64,000 nt of DNA from Heterodontus francisci (Eukaryota): contig NC_090397.1 in NCBI RefSeq assembly GCF_036365525.1, positions 35,221,679 to 35,285,678 of the forward strand, read 5' to 3'. Below the pieces are notes generated by a model. It made no database searches and was not told where the DNA came from. It saw nothing but the letters and a program-made list of their open reading frames with translations. This document shows, in pieces, positions 25,251-38,504 of the stretch (positions are counted from its first letter, which is position 1; every line of letters begins with the position of its first letter). The position numbers and the translations under genes were made by a program.

Positions 25251-26137
25251 GAGCTGCCATAATATAAGCCCTTAATTCTGCTCCTACTTGTCATAAATTC
25301 ATCTTTAGAAGAATCCTTCACTGAATAGAAAATTACTTGTCTGATTATTATGCATCTCTGTACAATAGTTTTGGTTTGATATAATGCTCCTAGCCCTGAA
25401 TATTTTAATCCAGACTTTCAGCATTGAATCCATTGAATGTGCAACTGTACTCACCTTTCCTGCTCTGCTTCGGTCAAGCAACCACTTTCAGCATTGAATC
25501 CAGAAGAATGGCACCACACTCTGACTGGTGACCTCCTCAGCAGCCTCTGACCACACCATCTTTGTCTCAGCATCAGGCTTCTTCCTTCTGTTGCTGGGGA
25601 AGAATATCTCCATCTGGCTCCTCACGGCCAGGAGCACATCCGGGGGTGACATCCGTGAAGCATTTCATTTCTACATTTCGACTCCATTGCATAGCCAACT
25701 CCTTCAACTTGCATGTTTGCATTGTCTAATGAAATACTGAAGATGAGATTGTATCATGCACCTCACATCATGCCTGGTGTCATTGATTGGAAGGGAAACC
25801 TGGAAGGAAAATTAAATTGAGGAGGTTGAGTTAAAAAGCCACTAACGGAAGTGCTTAACATATTTCCAGGTTTCCCATACACTATTGGACCCAGCTGCTC
25901 CCAGCATGTCTGCAAAATAAAATTCAGCCCCCTGTGTCCAATAGCAGTGTATGTTGTATCTCCAATGAGCTGCCATAATATAAGCCCTTAATTCTGCTCC
26001 TACTTGTCATAAATTCATCTTTAGAAGAATCCTTCACTGAATAGAAAATTACTTGTCTGATTATTATTCATCTCTGTGTAATAGTTTTGGTTTGATATAA
26101 TGCTCCTGGCCCTGAATATTTTAATCCAGACTTTCAG
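25250..26137. repeat. 172-bp direct duplication (25250-25421 vs 25966-26137)
   Basis: Direct comparison shows 4 mismatches and no indels. Confidence 0.95.
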
Positions 26138-28084
26138 TACTGGTTTTTAATAGAGAAACATTGCATTGTTTTTGACAAAGTGCTTAAAATTTATGAAGAG
26201 TATTTAGTTACATACACCGTTACGTAATCTGCCACTAAATAAAATGACGTTCTTTTTAACTGTGAGGGAGCACAATGAATTTCAGTAACAAACATTTAAA
26301 ATTGCTGTGTTTTAAAAACTAAAATTGTTTTTGACAAGTATCTGTCTTGCTGAAAAGGATAACTTTTTGTCAGTTTACTTTGTCCTTAATTTAAAAACTA
26401 TCAAAAAAATCAAATCAAGCCCCCACACCTGTTAAGAAGCTTTATCTTCCACGTAAGAACAATATTAAAGATCTCACTTTGAAGACCATTATAACAATTT
26501 TCAAACTGAAGTAAAAAAGCAGAGGATGCACTTGTTCTTCCACTGTCTAATTTTCTCTTCTTTGAAGGTACTGGCTGTTGTTGTGTAGCTGTATGCTCAC
26601 TGGCTGTCATCTGCTAGATTGCCAGATCTGGTTATATCTTGGTCAGCACTTTAGTTGTGAAATTCAGTTATAGTCAGTAATTAAAGTGCCCAACTCATCA
26701 TTCTTCAATCATGAGCCTAGGGAATGAATCACAGGTTATACATGTAGACAACACAACATAGCCAGCTCTGTCCACACTGGACAGTCCAGCAGTCTAGGTG
26801 CCAGTATAGCTGCCCCATTTATTCTCAACACCAATGGGTTGGAGATGCAAATATAGGATTTCTGCTCTTGATTCCTATCCAATGACACATGCTGGGACTT
26901 GCAGGATGCAAAGTGAGGATAGGATTGGGCCTGGCTACAATGCCTCACATGCTGAATATTCTGTATATACTCCCTTTAAGTTCATGTTTCGAGAATAACA
27001 GTTGGACATTCAAAGGTATATTGATGGTGATAACTGTGAATTTTATATCCAAAGAACTGGGCAAGACACAAGAAGTTCTGGAACAGTGACTATTTTACAC
27101 TCTCAGAAGTGGAACGCAAAATCACGACAGAAGTAATCGAGTAACTATCAAAGTGAAGAATAGTACTGGAGAATTAGGCTTTGAACCTAGAAAGCAGATT
27201 TGGAATCTCAGCCTAACATTTATTGTTCAATTTCCATTGAAGAATCTTAGCCAAATCTTCTGTGGAGATATAATGAAAACACACCAGGAGAGGAGCAATC
27301 ATTCACAGTTTTGCTTCCGTCAAGTGCCCCACCTGCTGAGTTGCCCAAGGGATTGCCTTGTTGCTGCTCATTTCAGTCTCCTGACTGTATAGAAGTGTGC
27401 ATGCGCCGACAGCTAATTAGAAAGGGAGAGAGCAAAAAAGTGCACAGGAAACTCATATGCAACACTTAAATTGAGGGGGAAAATTAATTTGATTTTATGA
27501 ACAAAAAAAAACAGGTTTATATGACTGGAAGCACACACATTTGCAGTTGATAATTTCAGCAGCTGGTGAAATATTTACAGCAGTTGCTTTTGGACTACCG
27601 ATAGGTAGTTTTGTCCTCTGTGGAATTTTTTGTCTATTTGGAATTCTGAATGCATTTATTAAATTGGTATTATCAAGGGAACAGAATGGTGGTGTAGGAT
27701 CGAGGCAGCAGTCAAACCTTTACTGAATTAGATGATACATCGGGAAATTATTTTGATTACAAATGTTGTGCCAGAAGTTTATCTCAAAATGATTATTTTG
27801 TGCTGTGTGGTTAACAGGTACGGGAGTTTAACTTTATTAATTATAATTTTTTTCCTGCACCATCCACGATGAAGATATTCAAATTTTCTGCAATGAAGAT
27901 TAGTTCAATGAGATACAATTTGTATATTCATATGACAAGTTCTCTGTGCTTTGTTGGTTTCTGTCACCATTGCATTAAAATTGGTAGAATAAGAGGAAAT
28001 ATCAGAGATTATGAGCAAAATCAGATCATCGGATCATCATTTTGACACATAAGCTTTTTTAGCTTTAGCCTATAGATGGGACAG

Positions 28085-28570
28085 GATTGATCACTTGATT
28101 GGCACTCCATACACTACCTTACACATTCACTCCCTCTCCCACTGGCACACAGTGGCAGCAGTGCGTACCATCGACAAGATGCCCTGCAACAATTCACCAA
28201 GCCTCCTTTGACAGCACCTGCCAAACCCACAAGCTCTACCAGCTAGGAAGACAAGGGCAGCAGACTCATGGGAAAACCACCGCCTACAAGCTCCCCTCCA
28301 AGCCACATGCCATCCTGACTTGGATCTATATTGCCATTCCTTCAATGTCGCTGGGTCAAAAACTTGGAACTCCCTTCTTAACAGCACTGTACGTGTACTG
28401 GCATGGACTCAATGGCGGAATGACCTCCTTCCCTGCATAAATGACTCTAAATGACTCTATGACCTACACCACATGGATTGGAGTGGCTCAAGAAGGTGGC
28501 TCACCAGGGCAATTAGGGATGGGCAATAAATCGCCTGTGATGCTCAAAATTCCCATAAAAGAATAAAAAA
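28085..28570 (+). mobile_element. L2/Crack-group LINE 3' end
   Basis: Collinear with 22140-22534. Tail gggcaattagggatgggcaataaa. Confidence 0.82.
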
Positions 28571-28626
28571 TCTAATTTTGTAGCCACTGTGACTACTTTA
28601 ACGCATAAACTGAGGGAAAATAGTTA

Positions 28627-29257
28627 GGGGCTATTTTAACCCTGCCCACTAAGCAGAATCTGGGCAGGCGGGTAGTTAAAATCATGAACATGGTTTATCT
28701 GCCAATGTCCCACTCACTTCCTGTGGGCTTCATTTTTAACCTGCTCTACTCAGCGGGCGAGTTGGATAGACAGCAAAAACCAGTGGATCCTTCTATATAT
28801 TTGCGATATATATGCGGATCAAGCATCATTCGGGCACAACTGTTATTTTCTTTTCTGAGAGTTCTGTGTGGGGAAACAGTATTCGTGTTCTCACTAGGTC
28901 AAACTAGTGGAAAAATGAATCAGGGCCAGAAGAGGCCTAAAAAGGTAAGTCTTTATGAACTTTTTCAACCCTTTTTTAAAATAAAAGTGTAAGTTCTCTA
29001 AGGCCTTCTTTGCCCCAATGCCCACCCCCCATTGTCGATTATAAGGCACCCGCCACCCCTTATAAGGCACCCGCCACCCCCCACTGAAACTCTCTCCTTG
29101 TGACCTGTGAGTCAGGGTCCATTCCTCCAGCATCCTGTTGCCTGACATTACACTCCTGGCCTCTGGTCAGCTGCTAATTCCCACCAATTTTGGGGGGACT
29201 TGTTGCTCACCTTGGTCCCCATCTGCCCTACTTCTGCTCCGAGTTAAAATTGGGGTT
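28627..29257. mobile_element. Degenerate MITE-like DNA element
   Basis: attttaac/gttaaaat subterminal inverted motifs and an internal 21-bp tandem pair ttataaggcacccgccacccc. Confidence 0.45.
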
Positions 29258-32200
29258 ATTCTCTCTACATCAGATTAAGGGTGATGCTGGTACTTCAGTA
29301 ACCTGAGTAATACTGAAAAAGGATTGATACATCTTTTATTCGTCTTTATTTGACTGCGCTCACTAGGGTATTTAATATAATTTATAGCAACAAGCCTAAC
29401 ATTACAATATTCTTTCACTACTTAACCTTTTAATCCTAGATAAAATTGTACAATACACTAATACAGTACACAACAGTTCAAATAGTTGTTAAGGCACTTA
29501 AATTATCAGGGCACTTGTTATTACTCTAAATGTCTCTCAATATGTATAGGCACTTACTGCCAGAGCATGGAAAAATGGTGAGATGCACAGGTTGATAAGA
29601 AATGTAATTAAATGCTTAAACTAGACTGCAATACTTTCAGGGCAGAGACATCATCGTATCTCAAGGATTCTACGAGTTTCATAGTTGGAGCATGAGCCCC
29701 AAAAGTTCAGAACAAAGGACATGCTGATTATTTCAAGGTAATTCCAACCTATTATATTTATACATGAGGCTTTTTTGACTACGCCTAGCAATAAAGCAGC
29801 AGCACCCATGACTTTCTAAGAATAAAAGAGATTCTTAACTATGGAACTTTTTTTTTCTCATATCTGAAGGTGTGAGGATTACAATTATGTCATGATTACT
29901 TTCCATTGCACTTTCAATATTACAGTGACTATCAAACAGATAACTTATTCTGCTGAACTCATGCTTCATTTGAAACAATCAAACTCATTTTTTTTTCTGG
30001 AAATGAATCCTGGAGGTCAAACGGCAATCTCCTTCAAACTTCCAGTGCTTAGTTTAAATACTTGCAATCTCTTTTCTGTGATTTGTATTCATAGTCATAC
30101 ATACAGCAATGCAGAAATCTTAACTTCAAGCCCACCAAGAGGTTAAAAAGCGTCATGTTCTTCATACACTTAATGCATTTAAATACAAAGTGCTATCACT
30201 TTTTCATCAGATTTAAATGCAAAGATTGTGCAAGGACATGATTGAACAGGTATCTGTGTGAGTAAGCATCCCAGATCTCAGCAGGACATTGTACTGAACA
30301 CACAGGGAACAACAGGGATCCTTGTTGCAAAGCAGCATGGACTAAAGGATGTTTGAAAATGCTTTCATCTAATTGTGCCACATTCATCCACTTAGTAATG
30401 TACCACTGGGGTTTCTACACACCAGCAGAAGATCGGAGGATCCTTCAGGGAAACATCCTGATGAAGCTACCAGTAACTACTAAGGGCATTATTTCTATCA
30501 CTGGGATTCGATTAATCTAAAAATGGCCTCATGAGACAATCTATCGAGCCCTGCTATTCTTTTTTCTGTTATAGGAACAATTATTTAACATAGTTAATGT
30601 TTTCATTTATATGATATAGATACTTCAGATAGAGGCAATATTTTATTCTACCAGACTATTTTTGGCTGTAGATATCTTCTCCAAGGTTCAGCCTGCAGTG
30701 TCGATTATCATTTAGAATAGCTGTAAGGGTTGCACACTGCTTTCCTGGTGGCACGAGTCGTTCTTCATTTGCCTCAAACATGTTTAGGACTCCATTTAAA
30801 AAACATTTGTGAAATGAAAAGCTCTCTTGCTGTTTCACAGAAACTGCTCCATTAATAACTTTACCAATTATCCAGTCATAGTCTTTTTGGTTACAAGAAT
30901 CCCATGACATTTCTGTTCTGTCTGCTTAAAATGCACTAAAGGAATATTCTCGTTTTAATGGTTTTACCACTTGTCCATTAGTGATTTTCCCCCCTCTGCA
31001 TTCCTGTCATATGTAGATTGAATTAATGTCTTCTGTTGTTTTAATCCTTAAGAAAGCCAGCAACTATGAACCAGGTTAAATTTATATATTTTCTTAAAAT
31101 GGAGCACAGGGGTTTGGAATACTTCAGCCATAATTCTTTTGTGGCTGGATGTGACACAGATCATCATCATACAAATACTCTCAGTTCTTAGAGGTTAGGA
31201 TTTGCTGTAAAAGAAACAGAAATGTAGTTAGCTGTGTAACAATCAGTGACTCCTGAACAGCTAAGTTTCAAGGGCAAAGAGGAATGAACAACATAATCAT
31301 TGAAACCCTGACCAATTAAATTGCACAAATCAACTCAGTAAAAGAGTAACCAACATGTTCTGTATTTTTGGCCAACTATAACCATCTTTATTTTTATGGC
31401 TTCCAATCCCATTCTTTACAAGATTTTATCTTTTTTTGATTTTTAATGAATCAATATTGACTGCAACATTTGGCTGTTCCACTATAGGCACTGTGGTATG
31501 GACTTAATTTCCGTCTCTCACCTTGCATGAGATGTATTACTTTTATTTCTGTCCTCTAGCTTTATGATAAAGACAAGTCATTTACTTAAATCTACTTTAT
31601 CCATTCTTCTCATCATTTTAACGAGCTGGATAATAAACCGCTTTGATCTTTTTTCTGCATTGCAAATTAGTTCAGTTCCACGAGTCCCCCGACATAACTT
31701 GTAGCCTGAAATTAGGCTGTTTGAATATTGTCATACGATCATATAATGGGTTCATATAAAATCCCTTTGCTATTTTAACCGAGGTGTTAAACTACTTAAA
31801 ATTAACAAGTTGACACTTCTACTAAAATAATACACAAAGGAATTTTGTATAAATATGTTGAGCATTTGTATATTAATATTCAAAAAGTTTAATTTCATGT
31901 CCCTAAATTTTAGAATCAGTCTTGTTACTCCTATTTCTAATATATCAGTGCACCAAAACTGGAATGCTCGAAAAAGTTCTGCATCTTTGCTGATGAGTCC
32001 TAAGAGGTTAAGATTATCTATTTTGAATTATATTCAAATATTTCTGAAGATATAGCTCAGGAATTGATTGGTCTTCTTAATAACAATTTCATGTCAAAGG
32101 CAAGCTTGCAGTGAATGATGAATAATCACATCTAAATCATTTCTATCTCATCCAATGAGCACCATTTATTATGTGCTAATGGTTCATGTTCCCTATTTCC

Positions 32201-32776
32201 CCATTACCTTTCATTTATCCTTTAAAGATATATCTTGGTTAGCGAAAAGTTGCTCCTTTTTATTTTCAGTTCTGCTGATGAAGATGTACTCTATAATGAA
32301 AGTGCTTTTGCTATACTTTCTGTCTTTTTTTTTATAGGAATATGGATGTAATTCTGTAGGAATTTTGGTTAAAGAAGCAGTATCAGAAATGGCAATTAAC
32401 CCTTGTTGCATCATTGAAATGTTATTACATTGTGATGCCATTCTAGTGCCTGATCCACTTATGAGACATTGGCCGGACTTTGTCGTGTCCCGGAATGGCC
32501 ACAGTCCGGGAGGGTGAAGCGAGTGCCGAATGCACTCCAGCTCTGCACTCAACTGCTACCGCGATCGAGCACTAAGTGACCAATTAGCGACTTGCCGGCA
32601 AGTTTTGAACAGAAAAGGTGTGGGCGGGCGGGCAGGTCAATGTCGGCGGGGGCAGGGCAAGAGCTGGAAGAATGTGCTGAAAGCCTTTTAAAAGGGCTGT
32701 CAGCACCTTTAGTGGCCCTGAGAAGGCTGCTTGCTTATCAGAGGATGGTGAGAAGAGCAAGAGTGCAATAGCAGAC

Positions 32777-33492
32777 AGATATCAGGCTGCGGGGCACAGG
32801 AGCTGTCCTGTCACCAAGATACCGGGCTGCGGGGCACAGGAGCTGTCCTGTCACCAAGATATCAGGCTGCGGGGAACAGGAGCTGTCCTGTCACCAAGAT
32901 ACCAGGCTGCGGGGAACAGGAGCTGTCTGTCACCAAGATACCAGGCTGCGGGGCACAGGAGCTGTCCTGTCACCAAGATATCAGGCTGCGGGGAACAGGA
33001 GCTGTCCTGTCACCACGATACCAGGCTGCGGGGCACAGGAGCTGTCCTGTCACCAAGATATCAGGCTGCGGGGAACAGGAGCTGTCTGTCACCAAGATAC
33101 CAGGCTGCGGGGAACAGGAGCTGTCTGTCACCAAGATACCAGGCTGCGGGGAACGGGAGCTGTCCTGTCACTTAGATACCAGACTGCGGGGAACAGGAGC
33201 TTTCCTGTCACTTAGATACCAGGCTGCGGGGAACGGGAGCTGTCCTGTCACTTAGATACCAGGCTGAGGGGAACAGGAGCTGTCTGTCACCAAGATACCA
33301 GGCTGAGGGGAACAGGAGCTGTCCTGTCACTTAGATACCAGGCTGCGGGGAACAGGAGCTGTCCTGTCACTTAGATACCAGGCTGAGGGGAACAGGAGCT
33401 GTCCTGTCACTTAGATACCAGGCTGTGGGGAGCAGGAGCTGTCCTGTCACTTAGATACCAGGCTGTGGGGAACAGGAGCTTTCCTGTCATTT
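32777..33492. repeat. Minisatellite, 18 copies of a 39-40 bp unit
   Basis: Unit agataccaggctgcggggaacaggagctgtcctgtcac(ca/tt), counted directly. No spacers. Confidence 0.97.
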
Positions 33493-33563
33493 AAAGGGGT
33501 GACCAACCGTCATTTTTCATAAAGCCACTTGAGACTTTGGAGGACCAGAACCGGTTTGCGGCA

Positions 33564-34760
33564 ATGGCAGAGAGAGCCAACCGCATGGCCCTAAGGTTCA
33601 CCGATGACTCCCTGCATGTCCTCCTTTGGGCGGCTGAGGCAAGCAGGAGGTCCTCTTCTCAACAGACGGAAGGAGGAGGCCTTCCCAGATCACCAAGAAG
33701 TCCTGGATGGAGGTTGCGGAGCAGGTCAGCAGCCAGGGTGCAGTCTGGTGGACAAGGTTCCAATGCTGCAATCGGGCCAATGACCTTCTCTACTCTGCCA
33801 GGGTAAGGGACATGTCGCAGTCCTCGTTGCCTTATACTCATATGGGTGGGTAACCAGCTGTTGATGCTGCAAAGTTGAAGCCATCCATCTGGAGTGAATG
33901 TCTGCAGCCCTGTCATGGGGCATATGCTGGGTACATCTGAAACAATGGACCAGAAGTGTTCCAATCATACGCTTGAATGGCAATGATCCCAGAATGAGGG
34001 ATGAGCGGGTGCTCCTTCAAGTCAAGTAACTGAAATGATTGTTATGTATCTCCACAGGAGAAGAGGGCCCAGAATTCCCATGAGAGGGCACGGACCGGTG
34101 GCGGAGTGCCAAATCTAACATTCCTCACCAGTGTAGAGGAGGTAATGCTGCTTGCCGGGGAGGACGGAGGCTGTTCAGTTGCTGATGGTGAGGCCGGAGT
34201 ACCTGGCCAGGAGGGTGAGTTCCCCAGAGTGCAGGCACAGGGGTTTGACTCAAGCAATGAAGGTTGTTTGCAAGTTCAAATGCACAGACATGCGGCCACA
34301 GCTGAGTCTATGACATGTACTTCACACCTGTGTCGCTCACACCTGATCATTCTGTCTTCCCCTGCAGGTGAAGCGCAGCAGCGGCCAGATGATATCGCCT
34401 GGTGACATCCGTCCACCTCTGAAGCGGAGGAGTGGACCTCAGAGGGTGCAGCATCACATCCTTTCCCCGCACCAAGCACCAGCTCAGATAAGTCACCTCA
34501 GTTGGGCTGGCTGTGTCTGCAGATTCGTGGTCACAATCTGGTGTCAGCACCACACAAGTGCCGGACAAGCAGCTAGCGGCAGTATCGGCTGATGCCTCTG
34601 ACACTCACAGGACTGTGGGAGGCCAGGTCACTGCTGAGCCCCATGCTCATGATGAGTATCTGAGGATATCCATTCGGCGGGAAATGCTGCAGGTGCAGCG
34701 TGAGGTGCGTGGAGATCTGGCAGAGTTACCAGAGACGATGCACCTCAGAATCCCAGGATG
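33564..34760 (+). pseudogene. Harbinger Myb/SANT-like DNA-binding protein gene (spliced)
   Basis: Exon 33564-33802 (RFTDDSLHVLL..KKSWMEVAEQV..QCCNRANDL, one frameshift, donor gtaagg). Exon 34058-34214 (EKRAQNSHERARTGGG, donor gtgagt). Third exon from 34368. Confidence 0.8.
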
Positions 34761-35345
34761 ACTGAGGGTGGTCCTGAGACTGTTTAGGATTATCTCAATA
34801 TCCCGGCGCCAATATTAGGCAACACGTTCTCATTTTCATGACCAATTCAGTAATAATGTATCCTCTGAATGTTGCATTAGACTTGTAATGGCAACCAGAG
34901 GACGCCCGCCAAGGTCATCCCAAGCCACAGGACATCCTGATCAGCCATGTGCCTCTGTCGTGCCTGGCGGCGAGGGGTCTTTGACACGAGTGAACACTCG
35001 CAAATGTTTTAAGAAATCACATTAACTGCACTTAGGGTTCACTGGTGCGATTTGGAATTATATTAATTTATGTTCTACTCTCCACAAAATTAATTACATT
35101 TCTCACTTGGCTTATTTATGTCTCAAGTCACTGAAATCGTATGAGGTGAACTTTTTCTTCTGCATGAGATGGAGACTTGGGGGAGGTGCACCATTGGGTC
35201 ATGTTGTGTTTGAGTGAAAGGTGGACCATTGCAGCTGAGATTAGCATCTGCAGGTGAGTGCTTTTGTGCTTCCAGCTGATGTGAATGCCTGAATTCAGAT
35301 TGACAAGTCAGTGAGTGGCACACTACATGTGTCATGAACCTCCGG

Positions 35346-36620
35346 TCAGGAGGAACGCCTGAGTATTAGAGCCTCCCGTGTCTCCCGTGCACCCAACTCC
35401 TGCAAACATCCAACTGCTTCCCCTGGATATTCAGGTGGCTGTGCCCCCTCCTCCTTCTCCTCAATCCTTTCACCATCCTCATCTGAGGATGCCTCCTGCT
35501 GAACAATGTCCTCAGCCTCCAGGGCCTCCCCCTTCTGCAGCGCCAGTTTATGTAAGGTGCAGCAGACGACAACAATGCGAGATACCCTTGCTGGCAAATA
35601 CTGAAGGGCACCACCTGAGTGATCCAGGCACATAAATCTCATCTTCATGACCAATTCTGCTCAATGGTGACTCTGGTGATCGCATGGCTCACATTGTACT
35701 ACTCTTCTGCTTCATTCCATGGGTTCCTCATAGGTGTCATCAGCCATGTCTTCAGCGGATAACCTCTGTCGCCGAGTATCCATCCTTGCAGGCACTCGGG
35801 GGCGGGGGCTGAATAGTGCTGGCATCTGGGCGTTCCGGAGAATGAATGCATCGTGACTGCTTCCTAGAGAACACTCCTGCAATATACACTTACGGTGGTC
35901 ACAGACAAGTTGGACAATCATTGAGTAAAACCCCTTTCAATTAATGAAGGCCTCTGGCACACCTGCAGAAGCTCTGATGGCCACATGTGTACAGTCAATC
36001 ATGACTTGAACCATGAGGAACCCAGCGATGGCGCTGAACCGTCAGGCTCTCTTGGCCTGACTGGCGGAGTCTGTCGGGAACTTGTTGATGTGGTTGGTAC
36101 CCCTGAATATGGCATCAGTTACAACCTTTATGCAGTGCTGCACTGATGATTGTAAGATTCTGCACGTGTCTCGTGCAGAAGCCTGGAAGAAGTCTGATGT
36201 ATAGAAGTTCAGAACGACTGTGACCTTTAGTGCCACCGGCATTGGATGGCCACCCATGCAGTTGGAGCTGACCTCCACTGCCAGCATCTCACATAGAGAT
36301 GTGACAGTCTCTCGGGACAGACGCAGTTTTCTAAGGTACTGGCGCTCTGACATCTGCAGAAAGTTCACCCGCTGCTGGTACATCCTGCCTACTGGGTAGA
36401 CTCATTTCTTCACAGGTGTTTGCTCCCGGTGTACTCTGTGGCCTTTCGCCCCTCCCCCATAACCATGTTGCAGTTGGCCAGCAGGTCGCTGATTTCCCTG
36501 ACCCCCTGTCCCTCCTTGTGTCGTTCTCTTGCTCGCTAGAGGACCCTCCTCCCGAGTGAACAATTCCCTTGGCTGCAGCATCCCAAAGATGTATTGGGGA
36601 CAGCTATTTGCTGCCTGATG
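35346..36620 (-). pseudogene. Harbinger DDE transposase
   Basis: [58 protein letters not shown] and CCTLH, followed by an acidic tail. Several frameshifts. Confidence 0.9.
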
Positions 36621-37835
36621 CAAGGACAGGCACTCGCAAACTCCCTCCCCTACCCGGGATAAATGACTTATGGTGTGGCCCTACCAGTGGTTTCACTCAC
36701 TCAGGTGAGCCCTGGTGAGCCAGCAATATCAGCCCCGCCCTTGCAATTAACTCATAAATAAAACAGACAGAAATGAAAATTCATGTACCTCCAACTCCTT
36801 CACTGATACAGCAGTTACAGCTCTTTTAAAGCTGCCGGGTTTGTGACCTCCCCATTTGACCAGTTCACAGAACATAAAATTGAACAGCTGACGTAAAATG
36901 GCTGTAAATTGCCTTTTTAATTACTTTAATTGGCCCTTAGTTGCCTTTAAGCGGACAGCGAGCGTACAATGGAGATTCGGCGTAATGACGTCGGGGACCC
37001 GACCCAACATCACCGCCTATCATTTTTTATTTGGCTGCCTCTGAGGATGCCTGATTTGGTTAGGTAAAATTCTGGCCACTGATTCAAAAGCTTTATTTGA
37101 TACTGAAAATTCACAACAAAGACTGATACAATCAGGTTGTTGCTCCACCGCAGTGCATCCAGGGAATGCTCATTGCTAGCGCAATACAGGGGGAAAAATG
37201 TAGGTTGCCGCAGAAGATCTTTGAGCCTGGAGACTTTCTGGCTGCTGAGATTGCTGCAATTTTTGAAGACTGTACAGAAACCATCAGCATATAATTGCAA
37301 TTGTGGCAGGGTCCACTACCTACATCAGTGCAGTATTGATGAACAATATTGAAATACTGCCGTCCATTATAAGGTGCCAATATGTGACAAATGCTTCTCT
37401 TTTCCTTGGACAGGCTCAGTGATCGTATGAGAGGAACTGTCGATTGAGTCTTATTGCTACCATTTCTTCTACTGCCATGCAGTTCACTGAGCATTCAGAA
37501 GCAGTGCTTAGTATAAGGGGCAGTAGTGGAGAGGGAATAAGATGATGTTGCTGTCACACAGGATAAATACACCTCCAAATTCTTCAGTAACTAACTTACA
37601 ATGCCTGCACATGTATGAGAAGCTGACCAGGGCTAGGCTACCACTATTGCTGTTGAATTGGTAGTCTACAGCTGGGCCATCTCAGGCTGATGCTCACAGG
37701 GGTCATCTCATTCTTTGAATCGCTCATAGATACACAAAACAACCAGCCAGTTCCCTGGCTTTTGACAGTGAATGCTGGCTCAAATCTGTACCACAAAGAC
37801 ACTTTAGACTGAGCAGCACTGCCATTATATTGTAT

Positions 37836-37920
37836 AATAAAATAAAAACAGAAAATGCTGGAAATACTCAGCAGGTCAGGCAGCATCTGTGGAGAGACAA
37901 ATAGAGTTAACATTTAAGGT
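37836..37920 (-). repeat. Fragment of the Penelope-type short retroposon
   Basis: aaatgctggaaatactcagcaggtcaggcagcatctgtggagag..agagttaac is the reverse complement of 18205-18270. Confidence 0.8.
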
Positions 37921-38504
37921 TATATTGTTTATTTTAGCAATACTATATTTTCACTGAACCAAGGAATTCTCCTGTATCTGCTGTCATGAAAACCGAACCT
38001 GCCAAAGTGAGACATGATTTCATCTTATGGAACATTAATTTTAAACTGTTACTGGACTAAAAAGATAACTTGTTTAAAGAGACCCCAGCAGTGGCTGAAA
38101 ACATACTGCTCATTTGCATTCTAAAAGACAGTTGCCTGGAGAAGACAATGGAACTGCTCCCTGATGCAATTAACCAGATGGATTGCGATCAAAAGACATT
38201 GAATGTGTAAAAAGTTAGCATTCCAGCCCCCTACTGAGGGTGTCTGCTAAGATGAAAATAATCCAGCTAAAAACACAGTGTTTTAAAAGTTAAACACTGT
38301 TACGGCCAAACCAGGCAAAGGCTGAGAGGCAGAGCCCTAGACACCTTTCTCACCTGGTCGTAACAGAAATTTGGGGTCTAGCATCCAGGATTGGACCCAC
38401 AGACAAGGGAGAAATTGGAAGTGAAAAATCAAATTGATGCCAATCAAAAAGAGAAAAGATTTCAATAGAGGTTTTCTTGTGGTTGTGTGTGCTAGAATAC
38501 TAAC

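Larger units (their letters stand above)
22540..25931 (-). mobile_element. Decayed Harbinger element: Myb/SANT-gene half plus acidic transposase tail
   Basis: TIR taaaattcagcccc ending 25931. Minus-strand exon ~25449-25670 reads FTDVTPDVLLAVR..IFFPSNRRK..WSEAAEEV..QC*KWLLD..AGK|gtgagt. Glu/Asp-rich stretch near 22600. Confidence 0.7.
32470..37078. mobile_element. Near-complete PIF/Harbinger transposon with two convergent genes, decayed
   Basis: TIRs tggccggacttt / aaaattctggcca. Myb/SANT gene on +, DDE transposase on -. Confidence 0.85.

Noticed and set aside
32777-33492. CRISPR-like array
   Set aside because: Units are contiguous with no unique spacers, there are no cas genes, and the context is eukaryotic. 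It is a minisatellite.
35346-36620. Host HARBI1 gene
   Set aside because: Multiple frameshifts, TIR-bounded, and paired with a Myb gene. It is a dead transposon.
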